64,000 nucleotides of DNA from Eledone cirrhosa (GCA_964016885.1 OZ024740.1:429288001-429352000); one strand, 5' to 3'; counted from the stretch's first letter, positions 21,628 to 34,935 are shown. Made by a program: numbers and translations. The notes: generated by a model from the letters alone, not told the origin.

Positions 21628-24600
21628 ATTTCTTTATTTGCCACAAGGGCGCACAAGAAGAGGGGACAATACAAAGACATGCTGGGAATTTTACATACAA
21701 TCGTATAAAAATATAAAAACAAACAATTACAACAATCGAAATCCCGAATAGGGGGGAGGCGCCACAAATTGGTTGTTTAATACCCCGTCGATAGAACAAC
21801 CCTCAACTCCAGGAGCGTATTGTGCAAGTGCACCTTTCTTCATTTTACTCTCCTCTTCAACCTACAGGCTTATAAACAGAGAAGGCCCAATCACTCGGGC
21901 CATTTTCGCTTCATTCACCCACCTTTCAGTAAATTTACTGAGGTGCAGTGCCTCTCTCTCCACTTTGATTCTCCTTCTAAAGTGGTACCTAAAGAAGGGA
22001 ATCAATTGTTGTCCAGAGAGAAAGGCATCTGTCCTCAGTCCTCTCAATCTCGTCCACCATATAACTTCTTTCACCATAGCCACCGTACAGAGGAAAACCG
22101 TTTTTGAAAGAGGCTGGCGGTTTGATCCTTACTATGGACTCGGCAGTCAACTGGATTTGTCCCATACACGACAGCAGTTGTTCAGCATAGTTCCACAGGT
22201 CGGTTACACCCGGGCAGTGTACAATTGCGTGCAAGACTGTTTCAATGTCCTGCGCGCATCTTGGACACGTCCTCTTGGAAGGATCCTGCCGGGGCGTCCG
22301 TGCCTGTAGATCTTGTCACGAACCGGTAGAGCTCCTCGGTAGCACTGCCAGGCCAGGGACCTCTGGAAGTTGTCCATAGGTCCCGGGCGGAAAGTCCTAC
22401 CAAACAGACTGGTGAGCTCATCGTCTTCGACGCCCAGAGTCTCTCCGAGCACGTCGTCGCCCTTGTAACGTACAATCTCTCTATAGAATGGAGTCTCCAC
22501 TGATTGCTGCGCCCGCTTGCCAGAGGACTATGAGCGCCTGAGCGCATTCAATGTGCCAGGCGCCCATCGTTTTCGGTCTTTTCTTGACCCAGGACTGCAG
22601 CTCCCTCAGCGAGACGAGCTGTGGGAAAACCTGCCTCACAAACGGTGCCCACACCGGTTGGGGGTCGGTGAGGAATACCTGGAGATGCCGCAGCCTCAGC
22701 CCATGTTTGCGCATCATCAGCCACGGCAATTCCAGCCCTCCGTTGGAAGGGTGCTGACAACAGACGGATCTCCTCACCAGCGGAGCCTGCTTCTTCCACA
22801 GAAACTGGAGGAGCATGCGTTCCATCTTGACGAGGTGTTCACGGGGACAAGGCACGACAGTCAAGCGGTAGTAGATGACGGACGCTATGAAAGTGATCGC
22901 CACCTCCACTCGACCTTTCAAGGACAATTTGCACTCTGCCCACTTCTGGGTGAGTGCAAACACCTTGGTCGTGACCTCGTTCCAGTTTTTCTCCACCTGG
23001 TGGTCTGGACCGAACCAGACCCCGAGCAATTTCACCGGTCCGTCCGTCCAGCGTCCGACGACGCTGTCCGACTTCATCGGTTTGCCTCTCCAGGTACCGA
23101 GTTGCAAACAGACAGACTTGTCCGGGTTTAGTTTTGCTCCCGTTAGCGTTTCGTATTCTTTCAGTAAGTTGCCGATCACCCCAATTTCCAAAGTGCTCGA
23201 CACCATTACCGCCACGTCGTCGGCATAAGCCGACGCCTCTTTGCGCAGTCCCGGTTCTAGAGAGATGTCCTGCAACAGCTCCAATTTCCGCAGTAGTGGC
23301 TCTAGAGTCAATACATACAGAATGGAGGAGAGATGGCACCCCTGTCGAATGGAACGCGTGATTGCGAACGGCTCCGATAGGTAGCCGTTCACCTTGACCC
23401 TCGAGCAGATGCTGGTGTGCATCGCCTCGATCCATCCTCTGAACACGGGACCGAAACCGGCCGCCCTGAGAACCGCTTCCAAGTATCGATGGTCGACCCT
23501 ATCGAAATCCTTAGACTGATCCAAGTTGATCAGAACCCCACCGAAGCCGGGTTTACACCCTACCCTCTCTATGATGTATCGCATGAGATGGAGGTTGTCG
23601 TGTATGAACCTGGTCGGGATTACACACGTTTGCGCTTTCCCTACCAGGTTCTCGACGACAAGCGCCAACCTCGTCGCTACCACCTTGGCCAAAATCTTTA
23701 ACTCTGTGTTGAGCAGAGTTATGGGCCTGAAATTGTTAATTTCGTCCCCCTTGTTCTCGTCTTTCCTAATCAGCGTTACTACGCCCTTGCCTGCAGAACC
23801 GGGAATTCTCCCGTTCTGCTGCCAATTGTAGTAGACGGCTTCGAGGACGCCAGAGAACAAGTCCGGCATGCTTATGTAAAACTCATAGGGTAGACCATCT
23901 AGACCTGGTGACTTGCGTTTCCCGCAGCGGCCCAGAGCGTCCCGTATCTCAGTGTCCGTGATCGGTCTTTCGCAGAACTCGGCGTCCGTGTTCGAGAGAC
24001 GCGACAGGCCGTCGAGGTATAAACCTAGTCCATTGCCCCGTTCGGCTCACCGTCGTTCTGCTCAAACAGTCGCGCAAAGTGCTGCTGAAAGGCCGCGCAC
24101 ATTTGCTTGGGGTCAAGTAGCACGCGTCCCTTTTGGTCTTTCAAAGACCGAATCGTGGACTTGTTGCCACTTTTTGCCTCCGCCACTCGGGCCCAGCTGA
24201 CAGCTTTCGCTCTTTCGTTTCCTAGAGCACGTGTTTTGCTTCTGACCACGCAGCCTTCGTGTTTCGCATCGAAGAACTGGTCCAGTGCCGTTCTCGACGC
24301 TAACACTCTAGACGCGTTGCCACTTCTAAGTGCCTCCTCTACCTTGGCTACTAGTTCTCTTTCTATTCTGTTTTTCTCTAAGGCTAACTCTCTGCTATAC
24401 CCTATCGATTCTATTCTAATTGCTTTCTTGAGAGAGTACCACCATCTATTGTTGACGATGGCTCCCGTTAACTGTTACTTGAGTAGTCTACTTATCCTTT
24501 CACTGTAAGCTTTACGTGCCGGCAACGACACGTTCAGCTTCCAGTATCCGGGTCCCTGTCTATGTGTTCTATCACAGTTGACTAAGCAGACGACTAATTT

Positions 24601-26135
24601 GTGATCTGAATAGGCAACCATGTGCATTCGTGGACAGCTTAACATCTCCTTGTTCCTTTCTCTAATGAAGAACCTATCTAAATACGATCTAGATGTCCCG
24701 CTGCAGTTTGCCCACGTCCACTGTGGTGCAGTCGGGAAATCCAGTCGATACCTATCGGCCAGTTGGAATTGGCCGATTAACGTTTTGAGGCTGTTGCACC
24801 CTCTCTACTGGGACATGCTCCCACATAGTCCCATCGTTAATCTAGGATACCATTCCAGTCCCCCACTAAAAGTAAGGAGCGAGACGTTCCCAGAAAAGAC
24901 ACTAGACGCTTAAAGAAGTCTGGCCGTGATTGCGATTGCCCGGTCGGGGCATAAACGGTCACCAGTCTGAAGGCTCCACTTCCAATACTGTTCACGTCTA
25001 GGACTACCAGTCTACCCTCCGGGTCCAAGTGTACTTGCTGTACTTCGACGTCCAGGTTCTTCCGAAACATGACAGCCACTCCACCCCCACCTCCTGGCTG
25101 ACAGAGAGATGCGTAGATCTCAAAGTCGTCGAAGATGGGGGTTAGTTGCTGCCTGTTGTGGATCCTGGACTCGGTGATGGCTATCACATCCATACCGTGT
25201 GACCTAAGGTCGTTTAAAAGTTGGCCCTGTTTCCAGGGCATCCCTAGGCTACGCACATTCACGCTTCCAACTCGTAAACTAGCTATGTTGGTGAAGAAGA
25301 GTTGGAGAAAAAGGACGAAAGGCGCCTTTACCTTTTCGTTTCCTGGAGATCGTGTTGTTCAATCTCCATTTGGGTGCTGGATGGGGTGTTGGGTGGGGTG
25401 GGGAAACATTTTAACAGGACGCGGTTGATGGGTTTCTGGCAGGGGTTGCCCCCGTCCTGTGAAAATTTATTTTTTAGGTCATTGTAGGTTTCCATAGAAA
25501 CCCTTATAAGTTTAAGGTGTAATTCTGCCTTGACGAAAGTTTTGCCCTCCGTCTCCACCTTGGGGTTTTGGGAGATGACCTCTATCAAACTCTTGTGGTT
25601 TGTGTTGATGTATGCGTATTGTTATTTGTGTTTTTGTTGTGTTGTTTTAGTTTGTTGTTCGTTCGGGAGTTTTCTTGTTATGGTGGGTGCTTGATTTTGG
25701 GTGGTGTTGGTGTTGGTTTTGCTGGTAGGGGATGTTTGATTGTGGTGTTGTTTGTGTTGTTGTTTGTGTCTGTGGTTGTGTTGGTGTTGGTGATTGGAGT
25801 TTTGGGGGTTTTATGGTGTCTCTTTTTTTGTTTTTTAGATTTCCGCGGCTCTCCCTCTTCTTCACTTAAAGAAGGAGAAGCAGCTTCATCCGTCGATGAA
25901 TAATCATCGTCAGGTGTGTGGGGTAGGGGTATGTTGTGTGGTGATGGTGTTTCGGTGTGTGTGTTTGTGGTAGTGTTTGATGGAGTGGGATGGGGTGGGG
26001 CTGTGTTCTTCAGGGGTGTTGTCTCTGTTTTTTCTGTTGTTGTTGGTTGAGTGTCTGTTTGTTTTGGTGTGGTTGCTCGTTTCGTCTGTCGTTGTACTTG
26101 TGGAGGTGGTGGTTGTTTAAGTGTTGGTGTTGGTA
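21628..26135 (-). mobile_element. Tx1/L1-like non-LTR retrotransposon, 5'-truncated within ORF1
   Basis: GC-richer block containing a low-complexity ORF1 tail, APE, RT and Cys/His C-terminus. AATAAA at 21638-21633 is followed by a (TATC)n tract. Confidence 0.9.
21862..25286 (-). pseudogene. LINE ORF2 (AP endonuclease + reverse transcriptase + CCHC), disrupted by frameshifts and stops
   Basis: APE: SVNVRSL..DVIAITES..GGGVAV..EGRLV..VYAP..VGDWN. RT: KSPGLDGL, NFRPITLLNTELKI, LDQSKDFDRVDH, IRQGCHLS, SAYADD. C-terminus: ALPVRDK..HAIVHC. Confidence 0.92.
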
Positions 26136-26553
26136 ATCATCACCATCACCATACCCATCACCATCATCACCATCATCACCATCACCATCACCGTCACCAT
26201 CACCATCACCATCACCATCATCACCATCACCATCACCATCACCATCATCATCACCATCATCATCACCCTCATCACCATCATCACCATCACCATCACCATC
26301 ATCACCATCATCACCCTCATCACCATCACCATCACCATCATCACCATCACCATCATCATCACCATCACCATCACCATCATCACCATCACCATCACCATCA
26401 TCATCATCACCATCACCATCACCATCATCACCACCATCACCATCAACACCATCACCATCACCATCACCACCACCATCATCACCATCACCATCACCATCAT
26501 CACCATCACCATCACCATCACCATCATCACCATCATCACCATCATCACCATCA
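26136..26553. repeat. (CAT/CAC)n compound microsatellite
   Basis: Seen directly in the sequence. Confidence 0.95.
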
Positions 26554-26685
26554 TTAACTGTTCGCGACAAAATCTCATTAGTTGGTGGAAGATAATGTCA
26601 ATGTGAAAATGTGTGGGGGTGGGGGTGGGTAGGAGAGGAGGAAGGGGGAGGGAGGGAAGGAAAGAAATAGAGCAGGCGGGAAGAA

Positions 26686-27047
26686 GTGGTGGTGGTGGTT
26701 GTGGTGTAGTGGTGGAGTGGTGGTGGTGTAGTGATGGAGTGGTGGTGGTGGTGTAGTGATGGAGTGGTGGTGGTGGTGGTGTAGTGGTTGTGGTGGTGGT
26801 GGTGGTGTAGTGGTGGTGTAATGGTGTTGGTGGCGTAGTGGTGGTGTAGTGGTGGTAGTGGCGTAGTGGTGGTGGGGGCGTAGTGGTGGTAGGGGCGTAG
26901 TGGTGGTGTAATGGTGGTGGTGGTGTAGTGGCGGTGTAGTGGTGGTGTAGTGGTGGTGTAGTGGTGGTGGTGGCGTAGTGGTGGTGTAGTGGTGGTGTAG
27001 TGGTGGTGGTGCAGTGGTGGTGTAATGGTGGTGGTGGTGTAGTGGTG
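26686..27047. repeat. (GGT/AGT)-rich compound repeat
   Basis: Seen directly in the sequence. Confidence 0.92.
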
Positions 27048-27204
27048 TACAGGTACGTCAATACTCATCTTTTTCCATTTCTCCGAGGGTTCTTAACCCC
27101 ACTATCAGGCTAAATAATTTCTTTAATTTCTTTAGTCAAAATACGGCGATAGCTTATATTTATAATAATTTCAAACCCACTCTCTGTTTCGAAAATATTC
27201 TTAC

Positions 27205-27239
<35 letters not shown>

Positions 27240-27246
27240 GTGTGTG

Positions 27247-27328
<82 letters not shown>

Positions 27329-27397
27329 TGTGTATATATATATATATATATAGTGACGAAACATAAGTCAAATGCATGAACTCATAATCCTTTATTT

Positions 27398-27453
27398 ACT
27401 GCCATATATATTTCGATGATAGCCATTGAATGGCTATGACCTCATCAGGCAGT
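27398..27453 (-). ncRNA. Type I hammerhead with G at the cleavage position (probably inactive)
   Basis: ACUGC-CUGAUGA-GGUcAUAGCCAuucaaUGGCUAUcAUC-GAAA-UAUAUA-UG-GCAGU. Confidence 0.7.
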
Positions 27454-27516
27454 TAGTCAGTTCTTAGATATGCCAGCTCTGTGTTTATAGTGTTGATGGT
27501 ATCAGAGCCTTGGGAC

Positions 27517-27589
<73 letters not shown>

Positions 27590-28001
27590 AAGGAAATCTC
27601 TATTTTATAGTTCTGGTATGTCAAATTAATACCATAGTACAACGACTGTATCATAGACACCCTATATATTTACAGGGGTACTTAGTACCTGTGGGAATAT
27701 TGATCTCCTTTTATATATTCTCTGTTATGTAGAGAACAAATCTGTTGTTTTATTTAGCTGCTATTTTTAGTGGCGTGATAGACAACACGTCTATGTTTAC
27801 TTCCACTTCTACTAAGAGCTGTTTCATGTGCAGGTCAAGTTTACGGCATCATTCGATCGTGTACTAGCTGGCAGGTGGCAATATATGTTGCCGTTCCTGG
27901 TGAAACCGCCGGTAAAAGCAAAAGGAATAGGTAAATATTTAAATTATATTTTTTAATTTATTTTAAAAAATTGTTTGAATCTTACTTGCTCCGCTTATCT
28001 C

Positions 28002-28098
<97 letters not shown>

Positions 28099-28377
28099 CA
28101 AAAATGTCACCTCGTATAACAAGTAATTAACTTCCAAGGTCAAAGGTTAATTGACCAGCTACATTAATTAATCCCGCTACAAATGGATGAGCTCAATTAA
28201 AAATAGAAAGATGCGACTAATTAGTAATCTGTAATAGTGGAAATAGAGGGCAGAATGAGGATAGTGTCTCTCACTGGATACGTATATCATTTCATAATAT
28301 CGTTTGAGTTGTTTTCTGGGAGAGGAGATATTGCTGGTGTGGTAGGATTGAGGCTTTCTTTTCTTCTGTGTACTACT

Positions 28378-28549
28378 AATAATTGTTTCTACTTTTGGCA
28401 CAAGGCCAGCAAATACCCAGTACATTACTGGTACTTTATTTTATCGACCCCGTAAGGATGAAAGGCAAAGTTAACCTCGGCGGGATTTGAAATCAGAATG
28501 CAAAGGGTCGTAACTTTATGCTGCAAAACTCTCTACCGATACTGCCAAT
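28378..28549 (-). mobile_element. SINE family A, copy 4
   Basis: Matches the family sequence. Confidence 0.85.
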
Positions 28550-28584
28550 AATTTGCAGAGAAGGGGAAAGTTCATTAAATCTTC

Positions 28585-28701
28585 CCCAGTGCATTACTGG
28601 TACTTTATTTTATCGACCCCGTAAGGATGAAAGGAAAAACTAACCTCGCGGGGATTTGAATTCAGAACGTAAAGGGCCGTAATTCTATGTCGCAAAGCAT
28701 G
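28585..28701 (-). mobile_element. SINE family A, partial copy 5, followed by (TAC)n(AAG)n
   Basis: Central domain matches the family. Microsatellites occupy 28706-28829. Confidence 0.8.
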
Positions 28702-28705
28702 TCTT

Positions 28706-28770
<65 letters not shown>

Positions 28771-28830
28771 AAGAAGAAGAAGAAGAAGAAGAAGAAGAAG
28801 AAGAAGAAGAAGAAGAAGAAGAAGAAGAAT

Positions 28831-29440
28831 TTAACATGTATACATGGTGTACTTGCAAAGAGGTTTAATGAGATGCTGTCGGAGCCAGAAATGACCCACC
28901 CGGCTGGCTCTCTAGGGGGAATATCACACGGAGCCCAAAGTATGTGACAGTAAACCTCCAAAACTACAAACCAATAATATACCTTCCTAGAACCTACAAG
29001 ACCTTAACTGCAATAATATCGCAGAAACTGAGCAACTTGGGAAAAAAGCTGCCCCCATTCAGAAGAGCAGAATGGATGTTGTATAGGCCCATATGACTGT
29101 AAAGATCAGTTACTAATCAACAAAGCTATATCAATAACTTACAAAAATCAATGGCATGGATTGGTTACCAGAAGGCTTTTGACAGTGTTCCACATACGTG
29201 AGTATTGAACAACCTTAAACAAAGTACGCCAACAATAAAAAAACATTTATCAAACACACTGTATCAAATAACTCTGCATGGACAAGCGAAAGCTGGATTT
29301 ATATATACGGAGCCTACCCCAATAGATAGAGGGATATTTCACCATTCCTCTTCTACCTAGCATTGACAACATTATCTGCGACACTAAATAGTCCTGGACT
29401 ACGTCAAGAAAATTAATCATCTCTATATGGATTATCTAAT
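28831..29440 (+). pseudogene. R4/Dong-like LINE reverse transcriptase fragment, heavily decayed
   Basis: Pieced frames give FNEMLSEPE..PGWLSRG..QNYKPIIYLPRTYKTLTAII..EEQNGCCIGPYDCKDQLLINKAI..MAWIGYQKAFDSVPH..IDRGIF..PFLFYLAL..KINHLYMD. This resembles the R4-clade motifs EEQKGC..CKDQLLI / AWIDY.KA.DSVPH. Confidence 0.8.
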
Positions 29441-29462
29441 GAATATATCCCCAGACATGATA

Positions 29463-29660
29463 GGCGCATGGTTTAGAGCAGTGGGCTTGCAATCGAAAGG
29501 TTGTGACTTCAATTCTCGGACCGGGTGATGTGTTGTTTCCTTGAACAAGACACTTTATTTGATGTTGCTCCAGTTTACTCAGCTGTAGAAATGAGATGAT
29601 AGAACTGGGGGTCCCTATCATTAAATTACCTAAGACACCTCCAACGAGATATACCTTGGA
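29463..29660 (+). mobile_element. SINE family B (CORE-like), copy 2
   Basis: Homologous to 14113-14320. Confidence 0.85.
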
Positions 29661-29895
29661 AAAGCACATATCGTTATATGCTTTTTCTATGAAAATTAGT
29701 AGTGGGCAGACTAATTTGCATAGAGTGTGAGTACGCACCGGTTCAGCGGAGACGATAAAAACAAATGACGAAACGAAATTAAATTTCGTTTCGTTTGTAA
29801 CTCACTTTTGTATGACTGACGCTTAAACAATTAAGTTTAAAAAATTACATCTACATATATACATCTACATCTATATAACGATATGTGCTTTTACA

Positions 29896-29991
29896 ATTCT
29901 CCAGAAGGGCCGGTAGATAGGTAAATATTGCTGATGAGTTGTAACAACAACGAAACTAGTTCAATATTCCTTGTCTGGCCTTCTGGAGAAT
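29896..29991 (+). ncRNA. Minimal Type I hammerhead ribozyme (core 29924-29968) with long extended stem I
   Basis: AAUAUUG-CUGAUGA-GUUGUaacaACAAC-GAAA-CUAG-UU-CAAUAUU. Outer stem AUUCUCCAGAAGG/CCUUCUGGAGAAU. Predicted cleavage after 29961. Confidence 0.88.
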
Positions 29992-30189
29992 AGAGGGAAG
30001 GTGTTCCCTCAAAAACCAGTATGACTCTAAAAACCGGTTTGTCTGTGTGTTTACATACAGAATAGCTGGGTGCTCACAGTAAAGCAACCAGTGAAAGACT
30101 TGTTACATATACATATGTATACGTGTGTGTATTCATATACACACTAGTATTTCAGTATGCATATGTAGATGTAATTTTTTTAACTTAAT

Positions 30190-30287
30190 TGTTTATATAT
30201 ATATTACACACACAGAAATGTATATATATTTCTGTGTGTATATATATATATATATATATTACACACATAGAAATGTATATATATTTC

Positions 30288-30328
<41 letters not shown>

Positions 30329-30355
30329 CACACACAGAAATGTATATATATTTCT
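30190..30355. repeat. 3 tandem copies of a self-complementary unit (ACACAGAAAT-GTATATAT-ATTTCTGTGT) separated by (TA)n
   Basis: Seen directly in the sequence. Confidence 0.8.
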
Positions 30356-30474
30356 TAGAACAAAATTATTATTAATGTTTTGCTGTTCATAACAATTGGA
30401 ATTGAAAAATTACTTTTGAAATTATTAGTTATTTTACTAATGCTTAGATATGTAAAAATGAAGCAATGTTTCTA

Positions 30475-30647
30475 ATAATTGTTTCTACTTTTGGCACAAG
30501 ACCAGCAATTATCCCAGTGCATTACTGGTACTTTATTTTATCGACCCCGTGAGGATGAAAGGAAAAGTTAACCTCGGCGGTATTTTAATTCAGACCGTAA
30601 AGGGACGTATGAAGCATGGTGTCCGACTCTCTACAGATTCTGCCAAT
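30475..30647 (-). mobile_element. SINE family A, copy 6
   Basis: Matches the family sequence, with an internal deletion. Confidence 0.82.
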
Positions 30648-31171
30648 CGACCACCCTAATGTCTGTACGTAATGAGGGAGTGAGAGGGGAGAGAAAGAAA
30701 AGCAGAGGTGAAGTGACGAAGTGACTCTCTCCTCCTCCTCCTCCTCCTCCATCTCCCCATTCGTCACAGCGATAGAGGGGAGGAATGTTAGTGTGTTACA
30801 AAGAGAAAGAGTGAGAGTGAGAGAAACAGACAGACTAAAAGAGAGGGATAGCTGGAGAGAGAGAGAGATAGCAACCACGCGCCCACGTGTTTCCACTGTC
30901 GGACAGACAGACAGAGAAATTGCTGGTTATATATTATAAGGAGATAACATATATATAACATCTAATATAATATATAACATAAATATAACATCTAATATAA
31001 TATATAACATATATATAACATATTATATAATATATAACTTTATTTCAACTTTAGATTATATTGTTCTACTGAAAACCCTATCATTTAATATCTACAATTG
31101 TCTAATGAATTCTTATATTCCGTCTGATTAATACTAGGTGGGAAAACAACTGTCTTGACTCAGTCGTTTGT

Positions 31172-32384
31172 TGGTCAGTGCTCTGAAGGTATGGTCAGTG
31201 GTCTAAAGGTATGGTCAGTGGTCTGAAGGTATGGTCAGTGGTCTAAAGGTATGGTCAGTGGTCTGAAGGTATGGTCAGTGGTCTAAAGGTATGGTCAGTG
31301 GTCTGAAGGTATGGTCAGTGGTCTAAAGGTATGGTCAGTGGTCTAAAGGTATGGTCAGTGCTCTGAAGGTATGGTCAGTGGTCTAAAGGTATGGTCAGTG
31401 CTCTGAAGGTATGGTCAGTGGTCTAAAGGTATGGTCAGTGGTCTGAAGGTATGGTCAGTGGTCTGAAGGTATGGTCAGTGGTCTAAAGGTATGGTCAGTG
31501 GTCTGAAGGTATGGTCAGCGGTCTGAAGGTATGGTCAGTGGTCTGAAGGTATGGTCAGTGGTCTAAAGGTATGGTCAGTGGTCTGAAGGTATGGTCAGTG
31601 GTCTAAAGGTATGGTCAGTGCTCTGAAGGTATGGTCAGTGGTCTAAAGGTATGGTCAGTGGTCTAAAGGTATGGTCAGCGGTCTGAAGGTATGGTCAGTG
31701 GTCTAAAGGTATGGTCAGTGGTCTAAAGGTATGGTCAGCGGTCTGAAGGTATGGTCAGTGGTCTAAAGGTATGGTCAGTGGTCTGAAGGTATGGTCAGTG
31801 GTCTAAAGGTATGGTCAGCGGTCTGAAGATATGGTCAGTGGTCTAAAGGTATGGTCAGTGGTCTGAAGGTATGGTCAGTGGTCTAAAGGTATGGTCAGCG
31901 GTCTGAAGATATGGTCAGTGGTTTAAAGGTATGGTCAGTGGTCTGAAGGTATGGTCAGTGGTCTGAAGGTATGGTCAGTGGTCTAAAGGTATGGTCAGTG
32001 GTCTGAAGGTATGGTCAGTGGTCTAAAGGTATGGTCAGTGGTCTGAAGATATGGTCAGTGGTCTAAAGGTATGGTCAGTGGTCTGAAGGTATGGTCAGTG
32101 GTCTGAAGGTATGGTCAGTGGTATAAAGGTATAGTCAGTGGTCTGAAGATATGGTCAGTGGTCTAAAGGTATGGTCAGTGGTCTGAAGGTATGGTCAGTG
32201 GTATAAAGGTATAGTCAGTGGTCTGAAGATATGGTCAGTGGTCTAAAGGTATGGTCAGTGGTCTGAAGGTATGGTCAGTGGTCTGAAGGTATGGTCAGTG
32301 GTCTGAAGGTATGGTCAGTGGTCTAAAGGTATGGTCAGCGGTCTGAAGATATGGTCAGTGGTCTAAAGGTATGGTCAGTGGTCT
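31172..32384. repeat. 20-bp minisatellite (GGTATGGTCAGTGGTCT[A/G]AA), ~60 copies
   Basis: Exact period of 20 with no indels seen. Confidence 0.97.
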
Positions 32385-32959
32385 TTTGTTTGTATTACAC
32401 TGCTTAATACAACTCCAACACAACTAGTGGAAACTACCAACTACGCATCGTATGTGCTCACTCTGGTGAACCTACATGAATTAGACGTTACAATTCCTAT
32501 ATATGTATGCATATATATATATATATATATGGAGACCCTATTAATAATTAATAATTATGAAAATTTAATTAACAAAAAAAGTGAATTATTCTCAAATTGC
32601 CTTCATAAAGCTTCCTCTACATTCCAAGCCTCGCAAAAGGTCAGGAAAAAACACTAAATATATAGGTTCTAATTTTTGACGTTTCTTATCAACTGAGTGC
32701 GTAAAATGTTATAACAGATTATAAAACCTTATAATAATTGTTTACTCATTTATGATATGATTAATGTTAGATTAAGGGTTCTATAGAAATATATTAACAT
32801 ATAGATTGTTAACATGATCTCTTGATGAATATGCATATCATTTGATTGTGTTGATACATTTAATTTGATTGGGATTCTTGTATTTTCTTAAATATATAGC
32901 TTATATGGTTGGCAGTTGTAATGAACCGTAAACCATTCATGCATTTATGTATTTATGTA

Positions 32960-34200
32960 TTTATTCTTTTGGAGTATGTTAGTTTTAAGATTCAGGATGT
33001 TTGATTTATATATTTATATTTATTTATATATATGTATGGTATATGCGTCGTACACGATCCTAGTCGACAAACTTTTTCCACTTAACTTGATGTAAAACTT
33101 CAATTATAACTTTACTAACAATGATTTTATTATTTATTTATTATATGTATGTGGATCACTAATATCGTCCTGAGTTCCGAACAGAATACTCTGTATATAT
33201 TTAGACAAATGTGAATATCTGGTTTAATAACATGCTTCTAGCTACATTTATAAGTACTTTAGATACTTAAGGACATTCTAGTGTTATAATTGTTAAATAT
33301 TTTCTAAATTATATAACGATTATTATTTTTTTAATATAATTAAATTCGGGTTACCTCCGGGTCGATGAAAATCTTAAGTTTTCTCTTTCTCATGTTTACA
33401 GACACTTTAAATATGATATTATACTATAATATAGATCCTTAAAAATGTTCTTGTATTTTTAAATTATATAGCTTAGATATTTGACACTTATATGATCGCA
33501 AACAATTTACTTATTTACTTTGAATCTGGTTCTTATCTTTTATGATTCATGAAGTTTGATTTGTATATTTATAGTATATATGTATTACATGATCCTAATA
33601 TAATAATTGATGTAAAACCTTAATTTTATCAATATTAACAGTAACTTATTTATTGTATTATATTATATTATGTTATGTATAACTGACTAATATCGTCTTG
33701 AACTTTAGACAATATACTTGTTGTATATATTTAGACAAATGCGTATATCTAATTTAATAATACCCTTTTTTAAGTTTAATTATAAGGCCTTTAGATACTT
33801 TAGGGCATTCTAATTGTTAATTTTTAATTTTTAAAGTTATAACTGTAATTATTTTCTAAATTATATAATGAGAATTATTATTTTAATATTAAAAAAATGT
33901 TTTTAATATAATTGTTTCTACTTTAGGCACAAGGCCAGCAACTACCCAGTACATTACTGGTACTTTATTTTATCGACCCCGTAAGGATGAAAGGCAAAGT
34001 TAACCTCGGCGGGATTTGAACTCAGACTGTAAAGGGACGTAACTATGCTAGAAAGCATGGCGTCCAACCCTCTACCGATACTGCCAATTCACATAATATA
34101 AGATAATATAATTTAATATGGTTTACCTTCGTGTGGATGAAAATACTAAGTCCCTTCTTTCTCATGTTTGCAAATACTTTAAATATGATTTTATAAATTA
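32960..34200. repeat. Old diverged tandem duplication (~530-bp period) of AT-rich sequence
   Basis: AATATCGTC..GTATATATTTAGACAAATG at ~33161 and ~33689. GATGAAAAT..CTTTCTCATGTTT..ACTTTAAATATGAT at ~33365 and ~34137. Confidence 0.75.
33908..34088 (-). mobile_element. SINE family A, copy 7
   Basis: Matches the family sequence and is present in only one unit of the surrounding duplication. Confidence 0.87.
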
Positions 34201-34935
34201 AATATGTCAGTATACTTTAATATTAATATAGATATTTATAAACTTTTATATCCTGAAATATTATACCTTTAGATTAATTCATTATTCTGAACTAACATAA
34301 ATGATTCGAAATTTAACGGTCAGCCGGATACATTTGGATATACATAGTGTATATAATTAATTGTTAGTATATTTCTAATTAACTAAGGACTCGAAATTAA
34401 ACCCTCATATAATTACACCCAGATATATTTAATATTTAGATTGATGGATACTTCTAGATAATTCAAAGATTCGAGTTTACTCTTTCACAAAGCTATGCCC
34501 AAATGTATATTCATGTATTTATATAGATATATATTTTTTTGCATCATATAATCACACCCTATTCATCCACGACAATACAAATCTCCCTCCCTATGTTTTA
34601 TACTATAACAATTATTCCTCCTTGTCTCTCTATCCTTGATCAATTCTCTTTTGCTTTCTATACTTCTAGTAACTATATTTTTTCCTCATCTGTTTCTCTC
34701 TGTCTTTCTTCTCTCTTTCTTCTTGCTTCACAAATTTAAATTATTTGAATCTCTAACAGTTATGTAAATTGGTATTATGTATTTTTAAGCTTTCTCACAC
34801 GCACCCTCTGTATTATATGTAAATGTTTTCATGTCTCAATCTTAAGGTATATAAATATTGAGTTTTGTCATATCTTATTCACTACATGACTAAATCTTAA
34901 CCATCTACCATGTCAGGGTATGTCATGCATCATCT

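Noticed and set aside
26010-27068. His-rich, Asp/Gly-rich and Thr-rich ORFs
   Set aside because: These are translations of (CAT/CAC)n and (GGT)n microsatellites.
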